A stretch of DNA of 64,000 nt from a virus. The stretch covers positions 1-64,000 of IMG/VR virus record IMGVR_UViG_3300037840_000188, one strand, 5' to 3'. Positions 10,056 to 18,510 of the stretch are shown in pieces. Below the pieces are notes generated by a model. That model worked only from the letters and a program-made list of their open reading frames with translations, was not told the origin of the DNA and did no database searches. Within the stretch, counting starts at the first letter, position 1. The number at the start of each line of letters is the position of its first letter. The position numbers and the translations under genes are program-made.

Positions 10056-10331
10056 ATGGCTCATTCTACAAAATCCGCCCCATCTATCGAACTTTCACTG
10101 CCAGATCGCCTGCGCGTCCTGATCGCAGCCGCATTCGATGTGGAATCCGTGCGCGACCAGGATCGGCTCGATCAGTGGCCTTCGCTGGATTTTATGGAAG
10201 CCGTCGTTGCCTGCGAGCGTCACCTCGGCCTGGGCGAAACTGACGAAGACAGGTTGATGAAGTGCGAGACGGTGGGGCATCTTGTAGCTATCTTCAACGT
10301 TCCCATCTCTATCCAGGAGCCTGTTGTTTAA
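10056..10331 (+). CDS. acyl carrier protein-like protein
   Basis: 91 aa, acidic; WPSLDFMEAVVACERHLG...ETVGHLV resembles ACP (D)SLDxxE..F..I...TVGD. Confidence 0.55.
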   Translation: MAHSTKSAPSIELSLPDRLRVLIAAAFDVESVRDQDRLDQWPSLDFMEAVVACERHLGLGETDEDRLMKCETVGHLVAIFNVPISIQEPVV

Positions 10332-10768
10332 TGCAGGCCGCTCGCGAAGTCACCGATGACGGTAATACTAAATGGGTCGATTGCAGCGGCTGCAAGCACC
10401 CGCGACCGTTCTCCTGGTACACAAAAGACGTACACACTCTGCTTGGGATCGGCTACCTATGTCGGTCGTGCAGGCCGAAGGGGAACAAGCTGAAAGTCGT
10501 CGATCCAGATTATGAGGTGATCCGCACGGTCAACGCAAAGCCCCTGCGCCCAGAGAAAGAAAAGATGGCCGCTGGGTCATGGGAACGTGTGGTGAGGCGC
10601 GCGGCGCTATGTGCGCAATATGAATGCGTAATTGTCTATGTTGGAAAAGAAAATTACCTTTCCCGTCAGTCCGCGCTATCAGGCCTTCATCTCGCGGCGA
10701 AGAGAATGAAAATGAAGATCTCCATTCGACATGGTCGAAGTGAATTATATGTAAAAGTCAAGGAGTGA
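10331..10768 (+). CDS. Zn-ribbon protein with basic C-terminal domain; contains the gapped match to the pentamer array
   Basis: CSGC...CRSC; region 10634-10677 matches array dinucleotides. Confidence 0.6.
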   Translation: MQAAREVTDDGNTKWVDCSGCKHPRPFSWYTKDVHTLLGIGYLCRSCRPKGNKLKVVDPDYEVIRTVNAKPLRPEKEKMAAGSWERVVRRAALCAQYECVIVYVGKENYLSRQSALSGLHLAAKRMKMKISIRHGRSELYVKVKE

Positions 10769-10773
10769 CAAGC

Positions 10774-10941
10774 ATGAAGGCGAAAAAGAAAAATAAGGCA
10801 GCTCAAAATCTTGTCGCGATGAGAAATAAAAAACTATCCCCAGCGCGCCGAAAAGAAATAGCACAGAAAGCAGCACAAAAAAGATGGAAAAATAATGCTT
10901 ACGAAAGCATTGACGTGAAGCCTCCCGCGAGTATAAAGTAA
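10774..10941 (+). CDS. small basic protein (LSPxRRxEIAxKAAxxRW motif)
   Basis: 55 aa ORF read by hand: MKAKKKNKAAQNLVAMRNKKLSPARRKEIAQKAAQKRW..; AAGGAG RBS. Confidence 0.6.
   Translation: MKAKKKNKAAQNLVAMRNKKLSPARRKEIAQKAAQKRWKNNAYESIDVKPPASIK
10910..10939 (+). promoter_or_regulatory. sigma70-like promoter of the RAMP gene, probably leaderless
   Basis: TTGACG 10910-10915; TATAAA/TAAAGT 10932-10939; ATG at 10946. Confidence 0.55.
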
Positions 10942-10945
10942 GCAC

Positions 10946-11554
10946 ATGGCCAAACAAACAGCACTTGAGCCCGTATCAAATGACGCCGAATCCGTAATCG
11001 ACATCAGTCAGCCATATGTAGCGCTCGTCAGTGTAGTTGGCACTGCACCGTTTCTCTTTCATCGTTGGAGCGTCGAGGGTGTGGACGCAAAGGCGAAAGC
11101 GGCTAAGGGATCAAAAGCCAAGAGGTCAGACGATCTTGAATCTTACGTCTACCGTAATATGAAGGGCGAACTTTGCATTCCGGGCGAATATCTGCGCATG
11201 GCGATCATTGGAGCCGCCAAGTTCCGACAAGATCCGCGCTCTCCCCGAAAGAGCGCAATGGATCTTTTTAAGGCTGGTGTTGTCGCAATTGAACCTCTTT
11301 GCTCGCTCGGCGTTTCTGACTGGTCATATGTCGATCAGAGGCGCGTGATGATCCAGCGTAATGGCATTACCCGATCCCGTCCGGCAATGGAATCCGGATG
11401 GAAAGTAGACTTTCTGATTCAATGCCTTCTGCCGGAGTACATTCCAGCCGATACCCTCAATGAAGTAATTCAGAGCGCGGGAAGGCTTATCGGTATGGGA
11501 GATTTCAGGCCGACGTACGGGAGGTTCCAAGTTACAGGTTTCGAGATTTCTTGA
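10946..11554 (+). CDS. stand-alone Cas7/RAMP-like RNA-binding protein
   Basis: N-terminal strand VSVVGTAPFLFH, LCIPGEYLRMAI (IPGxxxK/R-like), R-P thumb region, C-terminal Gly loop AGRLIGMGDFRPTYGRFQV; no other cas genes in window. Confidence 0.7.
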   Translation: MAKQTALEPVSNDAESVIDISQPYVALVSVVGTAPFLFHRWSVEGVDAKAKAAKGSKAKRSDDLESYVYRNMKGELCIPGEYLRMAIIGAAKFRQDPRSPRKSAMDLFKAGVVAIEPLCSLGVSDWSYVDQRRVMIQRNGITRSRPAMESGWKVDFLIQCLLPEYIPADTLNEVIQSAGRLIGMGDFRPTYGRFQVTGFEIS

Positions 11555-11570
11555 GTTTTGAAAAAACTTC

Positions 11571-11655
11571 GTGGTGTGGTTAGGTGTGGAGGGGCAAGAT
11601 AAGGTTAGGATTGGATCGGAAGGGTCAGGCTCGGCGCGGTTTGGCAAGGCATGGT
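11571..11655 (+). repeat. array of 17 tandem NN-GGN pentamers (putative guide ncRNA, about 11553-11702)
   Basis: gtGGT gtGGT taGGT gtGGA ggGGC aaGAT aaGGT taGGA ttGGA tcGGA agGGT caGGC tcGGC gcGGT ttGGC aaGGC atGGT; 16/17 units have GG at positions 3-4. Confidence 0.9.
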
Positions 11656-11702
11656 GCTGATTCTGGTTGATTTTAAGTAATCACCAGAATCAGCTTTACT
11701 TT
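11656..11702 (+). terminator. hairpin closing the pentamer array
   Basis: GCTGATTCTGG-T-TGATT / AATCA-CCAGAATCAGC stem followed by TTTACTTT. Confidence 0.75.
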
Positions 11703-11719
11703 GAAAGGAATAAAATTAC

Positions 11720-12010
11720 TTGACTTTGTCATACGCAGCGACACTAAGAACTGAAAGACTCCTGCCGCGTCCGATTGTATACTACGGCTCTACTTATGAA
11801 TCGGTGGAAGGAGTAGCTCAAAAATGGTTACAAGCCAATGGTGAGCACGGTGATTCTTTCGTTATCATCGAGAACGTACCTGTCGAGCGCGCAGTGATTG
11901 AGTGTCAAAAGCCGAAACGAGAAAGAGTATACAAGGGCCACGCATTCGTGTCCGGGCCGAACCTGAATCGGTGTGATGTTTGTGGACGGAAAGAAGAGGA
12001 GCACAAGTAG
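11720..12010 (+). CDS. hypothetical protein
   Basis: TTG start after AAGGA; C-terminal H..CxxC..H. Confidence 0.5.
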   Translation: MTLSYAATLRTERLLPRPIVYYGSTYESVEGVAQKWLQANGEHGDSFVIIENVPVERAVIECQKPKRERVYKGHAFVSGPNLNRCDVCGRKEEEHK

Positions 12011-12907
12011 ATGAGAATCGTAGAGCCAGAAGTCTATCTACTGGCGCAGACCAGCATGGATGTAAAACCGCCAAAGGCATTTCGCGGAAACTTGCAGGCT
12101 TATCTTGAAAAAGTGGGAGTTGCCGAATGGAAGACAACGGCATGTACAGACGGGGAAATGCTCGTGGAGGTGGCTGGACGCCTCTGCTATAAAGCTTTCG
12201 GTTTGGGCTTGAATGCCAACGTCACTAAAGTCCGAGAGGGTAATCAGATTTACCTGGAGAATCTCGCCAAGCAGGATCACGGGTCAGTACAGGAGCATTC
12301 GACGGTTACATTTTTATTCCGAGACGTGAGTCGCATCCTGACGCATGAACTCGTCCGGCATCGCGTTGGCGTAGCGATATCCCAGGAATCCGGACGGTAC
12401 GTCAGAGCCGATGACGTTGGTCTTTACATCCCGGAATGCTTCAAGGAATGCCCCGGCACAGTCGATATGATCAAGACCCATGTCGAAGCTGGCGAGGATT
12501 TAGCTCGCCGTTTGACGATAGCGTTCGATCTGGACAATCCGAAGACGGCTTTCGCCCGAAAGAAGGAAGTGACTTCGGCACTCCGCCGTTTTGCTCCGTT
12601 CGGCCACTCATCGTCGCTCGTGTGGACCACCAATCACCGCAATCTTCGCTTCGTTCTCCAGAAGCGAACCGAGGGTGGCGCGGAAGAAGAAATTCGCAAA
12701 CTCTTCGATCCGGTTGGTTACGGCATGAAGGAGATGTTCCCAAATCTGTATCAGGATATTTACCGTCGTGAATCCGGGGAATGGGTGTCGAAATTTTCAG
12801 CGCGTGGTTTGGCGGATGACCTAAGAAGGTTGATTGCCAGTGGGCCAGATGGCGGCGTCAAAAATTCCAGCGGAATCGAGGCACTCCTGAAAGAGCGGGG
12901 ACTCTGA
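12011..12907 (+). CDS. thyX: FAD-dependent thymidylate synthase
   Basis: HGSVQEH, THELVRHRVGVAISQESGRY (RHRx7S), R...AEEEIR motifs. Confidence 0.93.
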   Translation: MRIVEPEVYLLAQTSMDVKPPKAFRGNLQAYLEKVGVAEWKTTACTDGEMLVEVAGRLCYKAFGLGLNANVTKVREGNQIYLENLAKQDHGSVQEHSTVTFLFRDVSRILTHELVRHRVGVAISQESGRYVRADDVGLYIPECFKECPGTVDMIKTHVEAGEDLARRLTIAFDLDNPKTAFARKKEVTSALRRFAPFGHSSSLVWTTNHRNLRFVLQKRTEGGAEEEIRKLFDPVGYGMKEMFPNLYQDIYRRESGEWVSKFSARGLADDLRRLIASGPDGGVKNSSGIEALLKERGL

Positions 12908-13143
12908 TGGCCACAAAGAAAGAAGCCGTAAACCATCCTTCCCATTACGGTGGTGCCGATAACCCTTATGAGGCGATCAAAGTTATAGAGGCATGGCAGC
13001 TAGACTTTTGTCTTGGAAACGCCCTGAAATACATTGCGCGAGCTGGAAAGAAAGACGCCGCCACAGAGTTTGAAGATCTGGAAAAAGCCGAATGGTACCT
13101 CAAGCGCCGCATCGAGAAATTGAGCGCGAATTCCTCAAAGTAG
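12907..13143 (+). CDS. DUF3310 family protein
   Basis: VNHPSHY, FCLGNALKYIARAGKK, EDLEKAEWYL. Confidence 0.9.
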   Translation: MATKKEAVNHPSHYGGADNPYEAIKVIEAWQLDFCLGNALKYIARAGKKDAATEFEDLEKAEWYLKRRIEKLSANSSK

Positions 13144-13309
13144 CCGGTGCGTGGATAGCATGCCGATGGCTCGTTATGGGACACCGGCTCGACCAGGATA
13201 CGCCCGGATGGGATGGTGGGTTAGCGGCCTGCCTTCTCGGCATGCACGATAATGCGCATGAGATGCGGCTGATGATGGATGACGTAATTTCAGTAAAAAA
13301 TAAAATTAC

Positions 13310-13338
13310 TTGACGGCTGAGAAGTTTTACGGTAAGCT
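13310..13338 (+). promoter_or_regulatory. sigma70-like promoter of the ABC/PspA operon
   Basis: TTGACG-17 nt-TAAGCT with upstream A-tract; ATG at 13347. Confidence 0.6.
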
Positions 13339-13346
13339 ATCTTCGT

Positions 13347-13508
13347 ATGCCAACCGTGATCGTAAAACCTGCAATACATGTTCGCCTGAAACGCCTCGCC
13401 CTCGACGCTGGAAAGAAGCTAGGCGAGTTTCTTCATGACCATCTGGAGGAAAGCCTATCAAGAGCCGAGCGCAGTGTCGCGGGATTCAACAAAAAGAAAA
13501 CCAAATGA
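13347..13508 (+). CDS. small ribbon-helix-helix-like regulator
   Basis: 53 aa read by hand: MPTVIVKPAIHVRLKRLALDAGKKLGEFLHDHLEE..; ATGA overlap with next gene. Confidence 0.55.
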   Translation: MPTVIVKPAIHVRLKRLALDAGKKLGEFLHDHLEESLSRAERSVAGFNKKKTK

Positions 13509-14104
13509 GCTGGCTCGACGCAATCAAAGATCTTGTGGTCGAAGAGGACCCGAAGCCGACGACCCAGCTTCAAACGCTGTTGTCGCGGACCAATCTTCCA
13601 CCTGGTAATCTGTACAATATACCGGCGTCGCCACCTCCTGCTTTTCAAGCTCCCGACGCCTTTCTCCAGAAGCTGCGGTCGAAGCTCGCAACGCCGGGCA
13701 GCGCGGTCGAAAAGTTCGAGGCCGTCCTCACCTCTTTATCCGCCATTGCGGATGATCATCTCAGGCTCACTTCTACGCTCTCGGTTCTGAAATCTACCGC
13801 TGGCGTCGAGACTCAGGCTCTGATTCAGGAATACGCTGGTCGTCAGCAGAGGCTTGCATCCGAAGCGCAGGCGTTTGCATCCGTTATCGCGGGACAACAG
13901 AAGTCGGATGTCGATGACAAGCAAACACAGATCGCGGCTATCGACGTTCAGCTTCAACAGTTGTCTATGCAGCGGCAGTCATTGACCTCAGCCATTACGG
14001 ACGCGCAGAGTAAGCTGACCCGCTCGCAGGCCGGATTCGATGCTGCGGTTAGTACTGTGCGTGGAGAGATCGAAGGCGCACTGAGCAAATTGAAAGGATT
14101 ATAA
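13505..14104 (+). CDS. coiled-coil protein
   Basis: 199 aa, mostly helical heptads. Confidence 0.65.
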   Translation: MSWLDAIKDLVVEEDPKPTTQLQTLLSRTNLPPGNLYNIPASPPPAFQAPDAFLQKLRSKLATPGSAVEKFEAVLTSLSAIADDHLRLTSTLSVLKSTAGVETQALIQEYAGRQQRLASEAQAFASVIAGQQKSDVDDKQTQIAAIDVQLQQLSMQRQSLTSAITDAQSKLTRSQAGFDAAVSTVRGEIEGALSKLKGL

Positions 14105-14253
14105 ATGGCCCACAAGTCAATCACGCGAAGAGCCTCTGAGTGCTCGAAGGGGTGCGGACGCAGGACCAGGCACAAGGTTAGCGGCGCTCCAATGTGCGTC
14201 ACATGCGAACTGCTCGCAAAGAATGCCACTGCGCTGATGAAAGGAATCAAAGC

Positions 14254-15195
14254 ATGACACCATCGCCAAACAAAGGCTACTTTACCGGCCCCGAAGGAAA
14301 GGTAAACGCGACCACATGGGGCGTCATTGCCCTCGGCTTCCTCGTAATCGTCTGGGTCATGGGCGGCAAAATCGGCGATTACCTCGTCAGCGCCGCCGAC
14401 AACACGCTGCACTTTGCCATCGTGGCCGCCGTGCTGCTCTTTATCGTCGCCGCGCTCATCGACCCGAAGAAACGGCTCTGGTATCTTTTCCGGAGCATCG
14501 TGCGCTGGCTGACAAGCATGTTCATCGAACTCGATCCCATCGGTATTCGAAAGTCGTATGTGGAACGCCTTCAGGCCCGCTACGCCGAGTTTCAGAACGC
14601 AGTCGGGACGCTGCGCGGTCAACTGATCAGTGCCCAGAGGAAGGCCGACGCCAAGGCTGCGGAGATCCGCGATCAAGAGGCGAAGTTCGCTATCGCCGTG
14701 AAGAAGAACGACCGGCAGGCAGAGTTGCTATTGGCGAATTCCAAGGTCCGTGCGCAGGGGCTCCTCACTCAGTACGTCAAGTCGATCAATAACCTGACTC
14801 GCATGCAGACGGTCGTCGTTCGGTATCAGGAGATCTGCGGAGTAAAAATCGCCGATCTTCAGGACGACATTAAGACACGCGAGGAGCAGATGGCGCTGAC
14901 GAAGGCTACTCGCGGCATCAGCGGAGCTATCTCTGGCATATTGCGTGGCCTCCCCGAGGCTGACATGTATGAGGAAGTCGGTGCCGTTATCGACACTCAA
15001 TACGATCAGGCCTTGGGTGAGTTCGACAACATCCTCGATATGACGAAAGGTGCCATCAGTAATGCCGATCTCTCGGACGATGCAGCACTCGAAGCGGCGC
15101 TCTCGAAATACGAGTTATCCAGCGGGACGAAGCAGGTAGCCGCTCCAGCCCCAGCACCGCAGCAAAGTACCGACTATTCAGATTTGCTGAAGTAG
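14254..15195 (+). CDS. membrane-anchored PspA/IM30-like coiled-coil protein
   Basis: two N-terminal TM helices, DP motif, long coiled coil, AALEAALSKY-type end. Confidence 0.55.
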   Translation: MTPSPNKGYFTGPEGKVNATTWGVIALGFLVIVWVMGGKIGDYLVSAADNTLHFAIVAAVLLFIVAALIDPKKRLWYLFRSIVRWLTSMFIELDPIGIRKSYVERLQARYAEFQNAVGTLRGQLISAQRKADAKAAEIRDQEAKFAIAVKKNDRQAELLLANSKVRAQGLLTQYVKSINNLTRMQTVVVRYQEICGVKIADLQDDIKTREEQMALTKATRGISGAISGILRGLPEADMYEEVGAVIDTQYDQALGEFDNILDMTKGAISNADLSDDAALEAALSKYELSSGTKQVAAPAPAPQQSTDYSDLLK

Positions 15196-15235
15196 TCACA
15201 CTCGCCATCAATTTCAAGAAAAGGAAACCAGAACT

Positions 15236-17062
15236 GTGCATATCAAACCGTTACCAAAATTTCTCCTCCTTGCCGCTGTAGTCGGTGGCGTTCTGTTCGG
15301 CTATCGACATCTCGTTACCACCGGCACCATCCGTCGACCGAGCATTCTGAAAACCGTGATCCCGCTGAAGGCCGATGAGCTTTCAGCTTCGGTTCTCACT
15401 GCGGGCTCTGTCGCTGCAAAGCCTCTTCCATCCAGCTCGCCACTCCAGCCGTGTGCCGATGGAAACACCTCGAACTGCCTTCAGGGTTCCGTCCAGGAAG
15501 TCGAAACTTGGGCATGGAATGCCAACATGGCGCTCCACTACTCAGTTGGCGGCACCCAGACCACTAAGGGCTCTCTCGCAGCCGCTCACGGCGCGGCGGT
15601 CACTATTCGCCGCCAGGACGACACTGGCCAGATGCAGAGCGATCTGCTCGATTGTGCGCAACGTCTTCTCTCTGATCCGAACGCCTCATGTACGAAGTTC
15701 GTCACCATTATGGGGGATGGCGGCGCGCAGTTTTTTCGCGCCATCAATCCGAAGCTCGCAAAGGTTTGTCCGGATTGCATCGTCAAGACGATTGCGGTTC
15801 TGGGGTACAGTCGCGGGGAAGATGGATTCTGGGGTCCGGCTGCATGGAAAGCGAATCCCGAGAAGGCTAAGGGTGGCGTCGTAGTCGGCGTGCTGCGCGA
15901 CGGTGATTGGAATATCGCGGAGAAATGGGCTGGCCAAAATGCAATCCCCAATAACCCAGACGACACGGTGTACGATCCCAACGCACTGAACTGGATCAAT
16001 GCCGACGATTACGTAAAGGCGGCCAATGCATTCGCGAGTGGTACGGCCTGCATGGACGTACCTATCAAAGGCAAATTGACTGGCGGCAAGGGGCACTACT
16101 GCGCTGACGCGGTGGTCACGTGGACGCCTGGCGACGTTACTGTCGCAAAGAAATGCCAGGGTGGCGCAAAGTGCGAAGGCGCGGTTCCGATCATGACTAC
16201 AGCACAGTCCGTGTTTCAAATGCCATGCATCCTTGTCGGCATCGACCGGTGGATGAAGTCTCATCGGACGGACGTGCAGAATATGATCGCGGCCTCGTTC
16301 GAAGCGGCTGATCAGGTTCGGAGTAACCCGGCTGCGCTACAGAAAGCTGCGGAGATCTCCGCAAAGATTTATAAGGAAGAATCGCCGGAGTACTGGCTTA
16401 AGTACTATCGCGGAGTCACTGAAAGCGACACGGCGGGAGTCCAGGTTCACCTCGGCGGTTCGTCCGTTGCGAATCTGGCGGATAACCTACAAGCCTTCGG
16501 GCTCTCGGGCGGACCATCCCTGTTTGCCGCGACGTACACTACGTTCGGCAAGATCGTGGTTCAACAGTACCCGCGCCTCGTACCGGACTTCCCGCCGGTA
16601 TCTGAGATCCTCGATACCTCGTACGTGGCTGCTCTGCGTGGCTCTCTGCCGGAGAATAATGGGGAGCAGATCATCAAGGCCGATGCCTCCGTTGGCATCC
16701 GAACGGTCGAGGGCAAGAAGAACTACTCGATTCAGTTCGCGAGCGGACGTTCGGACATACTCCCACAGTCGTATGCGGATCTGGATCAGCTCGCATCAGA
16801 CATCAGCCTGACGAACTACAAAGTGGCGCTAAATGGTTATACCGACAACGCACGCTGGCAGGGGATTAACGAACAATCTGCCGACCGTAACCAGCAGTTA
16901 TCCGAGGCGCGGGCGAACTCGGTCAAAGACTATCTGGTGAATAAGGGTATCCGAAACGCCATCCGAGTGCACGGATACGGCGAGGACAATCCTGTGGCCG
17001 ACAACGATACTCCTGCGGGCCGTGCTTTGAATCGGCGGGTGCAGGTGGTAGTCGGCGAATGA
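15236..17062 (+). CDS. ABC substrate-binding protein fused to OmpA-like peptidoglycan-binding domain
   Basis: N-terminal anchor; SRGEDG and VTWTPGD (NMT1/THI5-like SBP); C-terminal FASG..GYTD..NQQLSEARANSV..GYGEDNP..NRRV. Confidence 0.85.
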   Translation: MHIKPLPKFLLLAAVVGGVLFGYRHLVTTGTIRRPSILKTVIPLKADELSASVLTAGSVAAKPLPSSSPLQPCADGNTSNCLQGSVQEVETWAWNANMALHYSVGGTQTTKGSLAAAHGAAVTIRRQDDTGQMQSDLLDCAQRLLSDPNASCTKFVTIMGDGGAQFFRAINPKLAKVCPDCIVKTIAVLGYSRGEDGFWGPAAWKANPEKAKGGVVVGVLRDGDWNIAEKWAGQNAIPNNPDDTVYDPNALNWINADDYVKAANAFASGTACMDVPIKGKLTGGKGHYCADAVVTWTPGDVTVAKKCQGGAKCEGAVPIMTTAQSVFQMPCILVGIDRWMKSHRTDVQNMIAASFEAADQVRSNPAALQKAAEISAKIYKEESPEYWLKYYRGVTESDTAGVQVHLGGSSVANLADNLQAFGLSGGPSLFAATYTTFGKIVVQQYPRLVPDFPPVSEILDTSYVAALRGSLPENNGEQIIKADASVGIRTVEGKKNYSIQFASGRSDILPQSYADLDQLASDISLTNYKVALNGYTDNARWQGINEQSADRNQQLSEARANSVKDYLVNKGIRNAIRVHGYGEDNPVADNDTPAGRALNRRVQVVVGE

Positions 17063-17241
17063 ATCGCTTTGCTGGTGCTTTATCTGTCCTGCTTGTCATC
17101 CTCGGCATCTGGCTCTGCTATCTGGCGTTCGAGACCGTACGCTGGGCCGCGTGGACACTGCTGTCGCATATGGGTGGCATTGCCGCGCTGTTGGCGTGTG
17201 GGGTGGTTTTCTGGTTCTGGCGTGGACTAAGGAAGGACTAA
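17059..17241 (+). CDS. small 2-TM membrane protein
   Basis: hydrophobic 60 aa, coupled on both sides. Confidence 0.55.
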   Translation: MNRFAGALSVLLVILGIWLCYLAFETVRWAAWTLLSHMGGIAALLACGVVFWFWRGLRKD

Positions 17242-17558
17242 TGGAAAATCTTACCAGATCGCAGCGCGCCTCGGATACCATTACGGAGTTCTGCGGATCG
17301 TGGACGTTCATTATTGTCTTCAGTGGAATCACTATCGGCTGGATGGCACTCAATACGATCCTGATATTCTGGGGCCGCTTTGATCCATATCCGTTTATTC
17401 TCCTGAATCTGTTTCTGACCGTCATCAGTACTTTTCAATCGCCGCTCATCATGATGAGTCAAAATCGACAGGTGGAGCGCGACCGCTTGATTGTTCAGGG
17501 CCTGCACGCGAAGTTTGACGAGCAACGAGAAATGCTGGAGAGGCTATTGAAGCGATGA
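17241..17558 (+). CDS. DUF1003 membrane protein
   Basis: GSWTFII, FDPYPFILLNL, PLIMMSQNRQ. Confidence 0.88.
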   Translation: MENLTRSQRASDTITEFCGSWTFIIVFSGITIGWMALNTILIFWGRFDPYPFILLNLFLTVISTFQSPLIMMSQNRQVERDRLIVQGLHAKFDEQREMLERLLKR

Positions 17559-18340
17559 CCCCTCGCGACCTCCTCGCTCCCAACCGCCCGCTCCACGCCC
17601 AATCCTTTGCGATCCTGACCGCTGCGTGGATCGCCCTGATGTTGATCCTGTGGTCATCTGCCGGTGCGCGGTACCTTCCAACGCCGCTCGACGTGCTTAA
17701 GTCGTTTCCCGGGCTCTGGAACGAGGACGGCCTCGGTGTGCAGATCTGGACTAGCTTTGAGTTGAACCTGGAGGCGGCATTCTGCACTTTCATCGCGTCC
17801 CTTCTGATCGCCTACGCGACCGTGCTGCCCGTATTTCGCCCACTAGCGATGCTGATCAGCTCGGGCCGGTATAACGGCATGATCGGATTGCCGCTGGTTT
17901 TTCTGTCGCTTCTGCACGATCCGCATTGGGTGAAGATCGCATTGCTTATGTTCGGAACCGGCGTCTTCGCGGTTCTATCCCTGGTTCGAATGATCGAAGC
18001 TATCCCGCAGGAACTATTTGACCATTCACGCACGCTCCGCATGTCGGAGTGGCGTGTGTTTTATGAGGTTGTCATCCTTGGACAGTTCGATCAAGTGCTT
18101 GACATCTTTCGCGGCACGCTCGCAATGTTGTGGATGTTGCTCCCGATGGTCGAGGGCTACTTTCGATTTGAGGGCGGCGTCGGCACTCTTATGCTGACCG
18201 AGGCCAAGCATTTAAACCTCGATTCGGTGTTCTGCATCATGTTTGTCGTACTGGCGATTGGCTTCGCGCAGGATTTAGTGCTCGGTGAGTTGCGGGTGAT
18301 GATTTGCCCGTATGCGGAGTTGGGAGTCGAAAGGAAATGA
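17555..18340 (+). CDS. ABC transporter permease (SsuC/TauC-like)
   Basis: LPTPLDV, multiple TM helices, EAA-like loop IPQELFDHSRTLRMS. Confidence 0.85.
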   Translation: MTPRDLLAPNRPLHAQSFAILTAAWIALMLILWSSAGARYLPTPLDVLKSFPGLWNEDGLGVQIWTSFELNLEAAFCTFIASLLIAYATVLPVFRPLAMLISSGRYNGMIGLPLVFLSLLHDPHWVKIALLMFGTGVFAVLSLVRMIEAIPQELFDHSRTLRMSEWRVFYEVVILGQFDQVLDIFRGTLAMLWMLLPMVEGYFRFEGGVGTLMLTEAKHLNLDSVFCIMFVVLAIGFAQDLVLGELRVMICPYAELGVERK

Positions 18341-18510
18341 ATATGAAAACCAAGTTACTCATCTGCCGCTGCGGCGATTGCTCCCATTGGGAGGTCATTC
18401 ACCGCGCCGACGATACTACCCTGAAGTGCGTCACCTGCGGCGTCGAATACACAGCGACGGTCACGATAGACCCGCACGAGGACCTGCATTACGTCGAGCA
18501 CGAGGCATGA
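18337..18510 (+). CDS. small Zn-ribbon protein
   Basis: CRCGDC...CVTCG; ATGA-coupled on both sides. Confidence 0.5.
   Translation: MNMKTKLLICRCGDCSHWEVIHRADDTTLKCVTCGVEYTATVTIDPHEDLHYVEHEA

Noticed and set aside
11324-11647. 107-aa minus-strand ORF across the array
   Set aside because: Shadow ORF antisense to the RAMP gene; its Pro-rich start simply reflects the CC periodicity.
11571-11655. Pentamer array as a canonical CRISPR array, microsatellite or G-quadruplex only
   Set aside because: It has no 25-40 nt repeats with spacers, and the units are not clonal copies as slippage would give. The variable positions carry target-like information. G4 formation is possible but would not explain the match.
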